Source: Octopus sinensis
Taxonomy: Eukaryota
Direction: 5' to 3'
Assembly: GCF_006345805.1 (NCBI RefSeq)
Contig: NC_043013.1
Coordinates: 58,776,001 to 58,840,000, forward strand
DNA: 64,000 bases
Position numbers and translations under genes: made by a program. Position 1 is the stretch's first letter. Every line of letters starts with the position of its first letter. Of the stretch, positions 53,493 to 64,000 are shown piece after piece. Under the pieces are notes generated by a model, which had not been told where the DNA came from, did not search any database, and saw only the letters and a list, made by a program, of their open reading frames with translations.

Positions 53493-54411
53493 CAGCAGCA
53501 GCAGTAGTAGCAGTTGTAGTATTTGACCGAATGATGACTCATTAGTCTGGGGTTGCAGTTTGCTAACTATATTATAAAAGTAGGTGAACATGTTATGAAA
53601 TATAGTTGTTTTTCATTTTTATTTTTCATAGCTAATTTCAATTTGCTAAGGCATGCCAAATGTTGCAATATTTCTGTCGGTAACCAAGCAGTTATTTATT
53701 ACTATATTACTTTAAGATAGAACATCGTTGACTGGGATATAAAAATGTTATGCAATAGATTGAAAAAAAATTGCTAACATGTGTGTTGGAGAGGATTGGT
53801 ATATGAAGGTAAGTAAAGCTGCTTTTTCGGATTCGTTCTCAGACCAGGTAGAAAGCATTTAATGAATAAAACTGGAAAGACAGTTACATACGAAAAAAAC
53901 TTTAAACTGTAAAACTGTCAAAACCATTTTCAATTTTCATGTTGAAATCTATATACTTCTAAAATACCTTATCAGTGGGAATAATTGTCTTCAATTGGTT
54001 GAGTTAGGTTTCATCAGCCTACCCAAACCAACATGGTGAATGCATGTAAGATCTAGAATATTCAGAGGTAAGCCAATTTATATTTGTGTGTGTATGTGTG
54101 TTTATAATTACACTCACACTAGTACTACAACATCTACCAAGGAATCATTATTCAACCCGATATGGTATAAGACACACAGCCAAATATTTATTAATCACTT
54201 CATAGGATGTTAAAATCGATTCCTTGAACCCTTGAAGTCCAGAGAGGATGTAAACTCCACATTCCTATACCCTTATACGTGGAACTGAAACTGTGCTTCT
54301 CCAAACAAGTCTGCGATATCATTGATCAGAGAATCCGAGTTGATTTGCATTTGCAGTCAGATTATTTTTTATAAGACATTATACTAGATACTGATATATA
54401 TTATTTACATT

Positions 54412-54545
54412 AGACGGATATTTGTCCTCATCTTGTTTGCTGTTAACACAACGTTTCGGCTGATATATCCTCCAGCCTTCCTTAGGTGTCTTGAGGAAAT
54501 TTCGAACCTGGGTTCTCATTCCTAATATATTTTTCGATTTTATTA
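54412..54545 (-). mobile_element. Penelope-type terminal short repeat with degenerate hammerhead motif
   Basis: Minus strand GACAC-CTAAGGA-A-GGCTG..CAGCC-GAAA-CGT-T-GTGT. Confidence 0.55.
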
Positions 54546-55499
54546 TTGTACACAATTCATCATCTCTTAAATATAGAACTGATATATATATGTTTCACCG
54601 TAAATAGGCGATTGCTTTAAATATTGTGATGTGTTCTGTAGTGAATAACGTACATTTCCTTATCACTCTTCCCTCTGAAATGCAGTCATTCAGTGAATAA
54701 TTCGTTGCAAATTCGTGACCAATGACGCTGTTTGCTGCAAAAATCAACAAGAAACAAGCGAGGTTTGTTTTCAAATAAATTTCCTCTTTGTTGTTGTCGG
54801 TCAGGCACATATCAACCTTAACTGATCTATCTAAAGATCAAAAATATTTTTGTTGCATTAACATCTGACTATTTCAAATATTTGCTGCTTTACACAATAT
54901 CTAAAATCTCAAATTGTGATGGACTAACAAGTTAGAAAGCTGGGGATTAGCGAATAACTTATACAATAACATTATTAAAATTCATTTGAACGAAGCTACA
55001 TTTCAAAAAAACAAATGCGTGAAAAGCAATCAAAGATAATAATTTGAACCTTTTTAACCAATCTTATTTATTCTAAACTTATGGTATTCTATAAATCATC
55101 GAATCATTAATTATAATCTGAATGTTATATTTTAATATTCTAAAATGGGAAATTAAAAGCGTTTTGTTTTATTTTAGTTTTACTGCTGCTTCATAAAACA
55201 AATCTCTGACAAAAGGCGTTCCAGCCATTCTCTGATATGTAGTTAGTATGCTCATATTTAACAATTTTATCATTTTTCAAGACTTTACGGCATAATTTTG
55301 AAATTTGACTACTTACATTAGACGGTCCAGTGATTGTCTAATGCTATCTCATTGGTTCGGTTAAATTTAATCTTTCTGAAAGTCATAGGTAGGGAAAATA
55401 TTCTCGTCGGTCACTGGATATGTTTCCCCTTCAGAGGACAGCAAAAATGATGAGATATTAAACATTTAAAGTATAAGCGATTCTTCTAACTGTGCATAC

Positions 55500-55502
55500 G
55501 TA

Positions 55503-55595
<93 letters not shown>

Positions 55596-55615
55596 GTAGA
55601 TACACACACACATGC

Positions 55616-55650
<35 letters not shown>
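55500..55650. repeat. (TA)n/(CA)n microsatellite
   Basis: Direct inspection. Confidence 0.95.
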
Positions 55651-55653
<3 letters not shown>

Positions 55654-56090
55654 TGTAAAACTGTAAAATACATATCCATAATCGGCACCATAGAAACGTT
55701 CAATATTGTATAAATACAGGAATGAGACAGAGGCTATAAGGAAATAAGCTAAAAATACCAGAAAACAAACAGTAAAAAGGAAGAAGCAAAGTTAGCATAT
55801 GCTTTAGTTTGATAAATACATTTTGTTGTAAAAGTTGAAAATGTCATAATATATTATTCCGATGCCACCTTGAAGAACATTAAAGCTAGTCGTGAAAAGA
55901 AAAGATATAAAATGTAGGCAAAAATAATAAAAGAGACAAGAAAAGGAAAAGAAAAAAAGAAAAAGCCTTCTTTTTGTTACAATGCAAAAGATATAAATTC
56001 TCGACATAAATAAAGAATTTACAAGACAGATTAAATTGTGACTTTTGCGTGTATTTTTCTTTTATTTATGTCTCTCTCTCTCTCTCTCTT

Positions 56091-56126
<36 letters not shown>

Positions 56127-56889
56127 TAAATATACATAACTCAATTATGTGTGTGTTCCTAATTGTGTTCCTATTTTTTCCAAAAACATCATTAAAAGAA
56201 TTGTGATGTTTATTATAAATTCCTGGAATTCACTCAATCTTCTTATTCAAAATAAATATATTTTCACCAGAAGCAAAAATAAACAAATGATGCTGCAACA
56301 GTAGTGACTCCTTGGCTAGAAGAGCGTCTTATTTCTTTGGATTTTTTCCATTTGTTTCAGATGAGGTATTCTCTGCTTGATTTTTGTTGGACAATGACTT
56401 AATTGTCCAAAAAGCGTTTCAACCCTCTGTATCTCTGAAAATAAGCTTTGCCTGAAACCCCATGGCATATGTATGCTTATTGTTGAAGAAAACACAGACG
56501 CAATTGTTCGTGATGCCCAACATTTTCAAGATTTACACAAAGAAAGATTTAAAGATCTCGGGAACTTTGAACACTTCTTCCACCCTAGAAACATTGGTAA
56601 TCTTGTTATTCAGGGTGACCTCCAGCAGTTCCATAAAAAATAACAGACCTGAGTAAGGATAGTTATTTCTGACATCGGCATTTCTGGGTAAATGCGATTT
56701 GTAAGTATTTCTTGTCTAATCGTGGGTTACCGAAAAGAAAATGAACTTCTCGAATATGGACTCAAATCCACACCAACTCCCAAACTCGATATGGTAGATC
56801 GTATAAAAGATACTGACCAAATCAGGTTATTTTCCAACAGACTTCCCCTTTGCTCTCCACACTCTTCTTCTATTAGTGTTGTAGTGCTT

Positions 56890-57200
56890 GAATCCCATAA
56901 ATGAAGAAACTTTCATCCTCTTACTCAAAAAGGTCATCAGCAACAGATACGACGTCATCATCACTGCAATACTGATTCGCAGTCACGTGGGTTTTGTTTT
57001 TCACTTTTGTGAAGAGATGATAGTCAGATGGGGCCAAATCAGTAGAATAGAGAGGTTGGTCAACCATTTTGTCCTTCTTTGGAGCAGGTGAGGAAGAGTG
57101 TTTGCACTGCATAGATTCTCTCATTGTCTCTGGTTCAAAGTGATGAACCCAACACTCATCCTGGCTTAGGGAAGGTTCAAGGAAGGCATGTAACGTGTCT
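56890..57200 (-). mobile_element. Mariner fragment (same family as 61222-62464)
   Basis: WKHSSSPAPKK fused to MVDQPLYSTDLAPSDYHLF. Confidence 0.85.
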
Positions 57201-57204
57201 CAGA

Positions 57205-57800
57205 TCTGCAAACTTTAAACATTCCGCTCAACAATGTAGCATCAAATATTACAAATGAAGAAAAGAAAACATTGCAATGTATCCAGAATAAATTTCTCTA
57301 TATTCGTTAAAGACGCTGACAACGGATAATGGATGAGACCCATTACTTGGAAATGGTTTTAGAATAACTAAATGACGAACATTTCTCCAAACAGTAGAAA
57401 CCAATGCAGATAACGAGCAATAAGTGAAATTGATAAATTAAAGGGCAAATTCAAAAATCACCTAACATAAAAAATGTTGGATTTCTTCACTAAGTTTGAG
57501 ATAAAAACTACCGGTAGAACTAAATATGTTCCTTCAGAAACAAAAATACCCCAAAAGTTAATAAACCAAGCCATAACCAAAGCAAAAGAAATTCCGATCT
57601 CCACTTTACAGAGAGGGTGAAAACAAAAAATACAAATATAAATATTACATTAGTAGTCATCCATAATCGTAGGAACCACAACATCCTAAATTCATCCAAA
57701 CGATACCGTTCAATTCTTCATCAAACATCAACTCTCTGCCAAATAAAATTTACAAAATTACAAATCACCAACAACTGAAGACAATCGCTAAATCGCAAGG
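57205..57800 (+). mobile_element. Penelope-like element relic (pre-RT region and post-RT linker)
   Basis: SNITNEEKKTL..VKDADNG..MDETHYLEMV; FLQKQKYPKKLINQAITKAKEIP..LVVIHN..N.NI. Confidence 0.65.
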
Positions 57801-57929
57801 TTAACTTCATTGTAAATATTAACACATGTTTTTGATCCGTGACACTCCAGTGTTTAGTATAAGTTCTAAATGCCTCCACCAATGTGAGTTACTCGTACGC
57901 TTTCGACATTCTCCCCACACATTCTGCAG

Positions 57930-57970
<41 letters not shown>

Positions 57971-57972
<2 letters not shown>

Positions 57973-59135
57973 GTAACAAGTGTAGGTAAAAATGCACCGG
58001 AGTCTTTAGTCATCTGTCAACAAGGACCTCAGAGAGATAATACTTTCCTTAAGATGTGTGCTGTGCCCAATAACGGCAAGACATTAATCTTGCATGTGAT
58101 TTCCAGTTGCCTTAAGAAGTCTTGAAGTTTCAATGGGATTGAGCCCAACTCTCCAATCACCACTGGTATCACTTTTACATTACCCTCTCGTATTCCATAT
58201 AGTCTTGCCTTTTCCACTTTCAATTCAGAGTACTTGGTAATTTTTCAACCTCTTTACTCACAACATTCATGTTATTTGGTATGGCTACATAATTGATCTG
58301 AGAGTATTTGTCTCTCTTTTTCAATATGACAATATCCGGTTGACTGTGTTCGATTACACGATCCGTCTGAAAATCATAGTCCCAGAGTATCATTACTTTT
58401 CCATCCTCTATTTAACTTTATTTGGAACATGCTCATATCAATTCTCTCTTACTTCATATTGGTATCTACGGCATAAGAACCAAGGAAGATACACACACAC
58501 ACACACACACTTTATCGTGGCGGCGCTTGGATTCTTTTTGTGCAAGGTTCTCACATCCACTTACCAAGTGGGTCGCATTTTCCACACTCTTTCCACAGAG
58601 TCTGCATTTCTGGGTGTCGGAAGTTTTATAAGTGTTATATTTCACTGAATTGGTAGCGAGAGCCTGGTCTTGTGCTGCAATGATCAGGCTTTCGGTGGTA
58701 CGCTTCAAATCACCTCGCTCAAGCCATGCCCAAGATGCTGTATTATCCTTAACGTCTTGTGTACTCCTTTCAAACTGTCCATGCATTCTCATTTCAAGGT
58801 CTTCTTTTTCTTTTCTCCTCAGCTCTTTGGTTAAACTCTTCCTTGCCCATCATTTCATCTGCATTTACACCCATATCTTTCGCTGTATATTGCAGCAGGT
58901 CTTCATCACTATTTACCAAATACTCGACAAGCGTTCTCCTTTCACACCTTATACAATGGTGTATACTAATTAACCCTCTGCCACCATTCTTTCTTTTCAT
59001 GTAGCTTGTTTACCTTTGCTTCAGGATGTAGCGCCCTATGAAGCGTCATGAACTTTCTCGCCCTTCTATCTAGTGTTGATATTTCCTCCTTAGTCCATTT
59101 GAAGATGGACGCACTTTATCTGACCACCGTAACTG
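57971..59135 (-). mobile_element. Second R4/Dong-type LINE 3' fragment (same family as 22451-24700)
   Basis: MHGQFER..AAQDQALATN..CRLCGKSVENATHLVSGC..RRHDKV; VIPVVIGELG. Colinear with 22451-23580. The 3' end abuts (TAA)n at ~57932-57970. Confidence 0.9.
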
Positions 59136-59789
59136 TCACAACAACTAGGATATGGAAACTTAGACGGAACGATTAATTTAATTGATATGTAATCGATTCA
59201 AGCCAATTGTATTAATATAGAAATTATAGGGGAGTGAAACAAAAGATTTTCACATAATCAAATAGTCTATCAGAACATTCCAACTAGTATTCATCATTCT
59301 ATTTCATACGATATTCAATAAACTTATTTAATATCAACAATATTTACAGACATATATACACACTCACCCACACACATACGCAGGCACGCTCACACACAGG
59401 CACACATTAATGCATATTACATCTTTATATATATTCATATGTACATATATTCGTGTGTGTGTGTGCGTAATAAACATAGAGATGTATATTACTTTACACA
59501 CACATCTATACATATGCACCTGTATATGTATTTATATTTAATCCACGCGCGTTTTGCTCTTTGTTATACTTTTTGGTCGACGTTTCTCAAGCAGAACATA
59601 AAGTAATATTGAAGTTAGATGTAGTCCTCAGAAGTTTTTTTTATATATCTGAAAGCAAACCGAATCAACCACTAATCAATAATTTATGACTACCTTAACG
59701 CTCCGATAGCTTCTTTCCCATTTTGGTCGACTTTATTTAAATTTTATATATGGCTTCATCTATGAATGTATGCATACATACATACAGTA

Positions 59790-60260
59790 CTACTTTCCTA
59801 TGCGGCACGACGTCGCTAAAACGATTCACAATGCCATCCTCAAAAAAGACTATCCCGAAATAAACTTAGAAAATCCTGCTGTTATGGAATACATTCATAA
59901 ATACCAACTCATGGAATACTGGTGGAATATTCCCATCAAAACTTCTTTCAAATGTAAATATAACAGGCCGGATATTCTTGATTGGGTCAGAGGGGCAAAG
60001 GTATGTAGCGTCATAGAGGTCAGCTGCCCTGCAGATATAAATTTTTCTTTGAAAAACAAAGAAAAAGAGTATATCTATGTGCAGCTGCTTCGAAACTTTT
60101 AGTTTCTATATCCAGATTATGAATTCATATTCATACCAATAATAATTGTAGTACTAGATTTTGTTAGTAAATTCTCAAAGTGCAATCTGTGAGTGGAGCA
60201 GTAAAAATATGCAAGACTTTTCTTAAGATCTAAATGTGAATTTGTTGAAACTGGCTCCCT
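59790..60260 (+). mobile_element. RLE-type (R2/R4/NeSL group) non-LTR retrotransposon 3' fragment
   Basis: RHDVAKTIH..YWWNIPIKT..KYNRPDIL..VIEVSCP..KEKE: a PD-(D/E)xK restriction-like endonuclease. Confidence 0.8.
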
Positions 60261-60375
60261 CCTCATTGGAATATTTGTAACAATTAAAAAATAGATGAGA
60301 TATACATACATGCATACATACATATATACACGTGCGCATACAAATATGTATGTTAGCGTATGTATGTATGTCTCT

Positions 60376-60499
60376 TCCCTCTGTCATTATTTCATTACAT
60401 ATTACCCTCGGTACTCGACTAACGCTTTTTGAAGCATATGCTTCAAAAAGCGTTAGTCGAGTACCGAGGGTAATATGTAATGAAATAATGACAGAGGGA
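60376..60499. repeat. Perfect spacer-less 124-bp palindrome (62-bp arms)
   Basis: TCCCTCTGTCATTATTTC...TTTTGAAGCAT|ATGCTTCAAAA...GAAATAATGACAGAGGGA; no mismatch by eye. Confidence 0.97.
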
Positions 60500-61221
60500 C
60501 AGGAGATTGTGCAGCGAATTTCATTGTCTTACATCTGTTTCTGCTATAGGGTATCTGCATTTGATAACTTCCTCATGACTTCAACAATGGGGGTGCAAAT
60601 TTGATTGAAAAAACACACGTGTGGAAAAGATCATCGTCGAAAAAATAAAATGAAAATATATAAGAAATGCTGATGTATAGAGTTTGAAGGATAAAAAGCA
60701 TTCCGAGGAATATGTAGATTTTGATAATTTTGTGCATACATATGTATATAGAAAAGCGCACGATGAACATACATAAAAACACTATACGCATGCATACATA
60801 ACAGATAGAGTGCCAAGTTGATACTGACATATAAAGAAAGTACTAGGGACAGGTAGAAAGTTCGAGAATATAAGTTCTAATGTGAAAGGCGGAGTAAGTC
60901 GTAAAACGAGGTTAGTGGTTTCGACTAAATTAGGTTTGACAAGATTAGTTGAGTAGATTAGAGGTTTTAAGGATATCGGAAACATCAACTAATAGGCAAG
61001 GACAATGAGATATATAGTGATAGGGAGAGAGAGAGAAAGAGACAATAACACATGTATACATAAACAGAGAAAGCATGTACATCTAGATATGTATTTAGAC
61101 ATACCTACCTGCATACATATAACGTACATATACATACATAAAACATATACACATGCAGAGACGGACATACACACGCACACAAACATACGCGCGCGTATTT
61201 ATGTATGTACATATAGATACT

Positions 61222-62464
61222 GATGAGGGTCAGTTGAAATGTTCACAGGCCGACTAAGACAGTCTCATGTATTTATGACCAAATGTTTTTTTGTTCAACA
61301 TGTCCCGGCTTTCATACTATTGCTCAAAAAGTTCATCAACAACAGATATGACGTCATCATCACTGAGATACTGATTCCCAGTCAAGTGCTTTTTTTTTCA
61401 CTTTTGTTAAGAGTTGATAGTCAGATGGGGTCAAGGCAGTAGAATAGGAAGGTTGATCGACCATTTCGAATTCACAGTCACGCACAGCAACCATTGAAAC
61501 CAAAGATTTGTCTGCTGGATCATTGTCCTGATGAAACAAAGTTTCATCATATATATTCATCAGTTTTGTTGGCCGTTTGGTCTTGATGGGCTTTCGTAAA
61601 TGCCTCAGTAAGTTGGCATAGTACTTATTGATGCTGTGGCCTTTTTGAAGATGGTCAATAAACACAATGCCTTTTGCATCCCTAAGAACTGAGGTCATCA
61701 CTGTCACTTCAGTTGAAACCACTTTAGCCTTCTTTAGAGCAGGTGAGAAAGAGTGTTTCCACTACATAGATTGTCTCTGTCGCGCTGGTTCAAAGTGATG
61801 AACCTAACACTCATCCTGGTTTAAGAAAAATTCAAGGAATGCAGCTGCATTTGCCTCAAACAACGTCAGATTTTTCCGTAACGTGATTTTTCCGTAACGC
61901 GCCTTTGATCATTTTTCAGAATACGTGGTTGCCCACCAAGCAGATATGTTTGTCATGCCAACTTCATTGCGCAGAATATTCGCAACTCTCACCGGATATG
62001 GTAATTGTATTGACTATTTGACTTACAGTCAATCGACTGTCATCCATCTGCATAGGTAAACACGATCATTGTTTCCGTCAGTGGTGGCTGTTGCTAAACG
62101 TTCAGACCTTGGGTCATATGCAAGATTTCCCCTTCCCCTCCTAAATCCAGCTACCCATTTGTGTACTGTTTATAGAACTGGAGTGTCATCCCCTAAAATA
62201 TCAACCACGTCAGCATGAATATCCTGGCGTGTGGTACACCCTTTTTCTGCAGGTAGTTGATAATACACCGATGCCAAGTTTTGTCCATTTTCAAAAGGCG
62301 TCGCTACTGGGTACTTCAGAAGTCTTCTTTGGACAGTCAGGTGTCAGTTTACTTGGAAAGAAAAATGCAGATATTAATAAGAGTTGAAATTAATGCCTGC
62401 CATATTTCACAGCTCTAGCATTACTCCTTCATAGCCAGCCTATGAACTTTTCAGCCCACTATCG
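61222..62464 (-). mobile_element. Near full-length decayed mariner
   Basis: TIR-like ends GAGGGTCAGTTGAAATGTTCACAGGC and (rc) TACGATAGTGGGCTGAAAAGTTCATAGGC; QDEC.VHHFEP, GIVFIDHL, LFHQDN, QPSYSTALTPSDYQL. Confidence 0.9.
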
Positions 62465-62663
62465 TACATCGACGCATAGAAGACAAACGCTAGAACATAC
62501 ACTTATATCAAAGTAAGCCAACAGTAAGTACATACATAAATGCATACATGCATATATACACAAAGAAACACAAACGTATACATATCCATATAAATACATA
62601 TACTCACACATAAGCACAGATAAATAGACACACACACATACCCACACATATATCCTGACACGG

Positions 62664-62702
<39 letters not shown>

Positions 62703-63100
62703 AAGAGAGGGGGAGAGGGAGAGAGGGAGAGAGAGAGACCGACAAGTAATTACACTCTTACCAATCGATAGACGCAGATAAAGGGTATGAAAAACATGCG
62801 CACACATTTTACACGTAGAACCGCCATCGCCTGTGCACACACAGTTTCCCACGCATAGATTTATGCGTATATTTGAAATTTTGGATTAAATCAATCCCAG
62901 TGCTTAGCTGAAACGTATATTATAGATCCCGAAGGGAAGAAAGGAAAAGTTGACTTCGGCTGAGTTTGAACTTAGACCGTTGAAATATCGCTCCCTTTTT
63001 TGTTGTCTGCCTAAAGAAGGTCACATCTGACGTTGTTTGAGGCAAATGCAGCAGCATTCCTTGAATTTTTCTTAAACCAGGATGTGTGTAAACACATCTG

Positions 63101-63270
63101 CAGGAGATGTCGAGAAAAATGACATCCAAACTGTCTCTACTGTCTGTCGTACCTTCTCCCTTCTCCTCACTACTTTTGTAACTCACACGTGACTACAGGT
63201 CATTTCTCTTGCTCCTTTCTTTTCTAGACTAGAAGTTCACCAGGTTGGATGTCATTTTTCTCGGCTCCTG
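63101..63270. mobile_element. ~170-bp MITE-like element
   Basis: Imperfect ~30-bp TIRs CAGGAGATGTCGAGAAAAATGACATCCAAACTG and CAGGTTGGATGTCATTTTTCTCGGCTCCTG. Confidence 0.55.
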
Positions 63271-63642
63271 TGATTTTTCTTCTATTTCTTCTGTTCTAAT
63301 TATTTTATTTCCTTGAAAAAAATTCTCGCAGGCGTTAGTCATTAGAATCCGTCTTGGCCTAAAGACTTTTAATGTTTTGTCTTCATCGATTGTTTATTCT
63401 GTACGTCCACTTTGTCGTTATTTGTTCGCTCGAAGCTCTAACGCTCCATGAATTTCATATTTTAAAAATTTTCTGGATGCTGCTGTCTTATGAAATTCCC
63501 TATATTATCGTTAAAAGCACGAAATAAGAGTAATAAACAGTCCTACAACTGATGAGAAGTTTTCTTCCTTTGGTATTTTCTCCTGTACTTTTCTCGCGTC
63601 TGTTTACGTATTCTCACTCGTTGGTGATGTCTTCTACACAAT

Positions 63643-63689
<47 letters not shown>

Positions 63690-63690
63690 T

Positions 63691-63722
<32 letters not shown>

Positions 63723-64000
63723 CACATATATATAACAAATTAACTGGGTGGATTATTAGCAATTTGAACCTAAAGGCAAATTTAATCGAGATCACAAAAG
63801 CACAAGCTACTTCAATACTTCAAAACGGGGAAGTTGTTGTTTACACTTTAACAAGAGTTAAAACAACTTCAAAACTACCAAAGCACTGTATAAATGACTG
63901 ACGAAAGGAAATAAGACCCTCACATATATAGTCGGATCGAATGATTTCGGATTTCGATGCTGACCATCTTAATCACTGATAGCGACACTTAACGTCTAGG

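Noticed and set aside
54343-54350. Octamer ATTTGCAT (also ATGCAAAT near 5341) as an snRNA promoter element
   Set aside because: An 8-mer is expected by chance in 64 kb of AT-rich DNA, and no snRNA-like sequence lies nearby.
63546-63575. CTGATGA-GAAG-TTTT-CTTC looks like a hammerhead core plus stem II
   Set aside because: Not followed by GAAA; no stem I or III.

Overview
AT-rich eukaryotic non-genic DNA (intergenic or deep intronic), dense in microsatellites and transposable elements. The SINE families and the (TA)n/(CA)n/(TAG)n/(ATT)n load point to an Octopus or other coleoid cephalopod genome; this is inferred from recalled repeat consensus sequences, not from a search. I cannot support any host protein-coding gene, rRNA, true tRNA gene or CRISPR array. 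Most ORFs in the supplied track are microsatellite read-throughs. The window is a nest of TE relics. These include a complete 2.5-kb non-autonomous LTR retroelement (8481-10992; AATT TSD, perfect tRNA-Trp PBS) and a truncated Gypsy (gag, PR, RT, RNaseH) fused tail-to-tail with a Tx1/L1-like LINE. There is also an apparently ORF1-only Tx1/L1 relative, several R4/Dong-type LINE fragments, mariner/Tc1 copies and MITEs, two Helitron pieces, a Penelope-like fragment and minimal hammerhead-like motifs. Three copies of a structured ~550-bp repeat and several perfect or near-perfect palindromes are present, the largest a spacer-less 124-bp palindrome at 60376-60499. No complete new multi-gene system is evident. 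The best leads are the non-coding LTR element (promoter-motif-rich LTR and odd internal frame), the 124-bp palindrome, the ~550-bp structured family, the ORF1-only element and the ribozyme-like motifs. All alignments and translations were done by eye.
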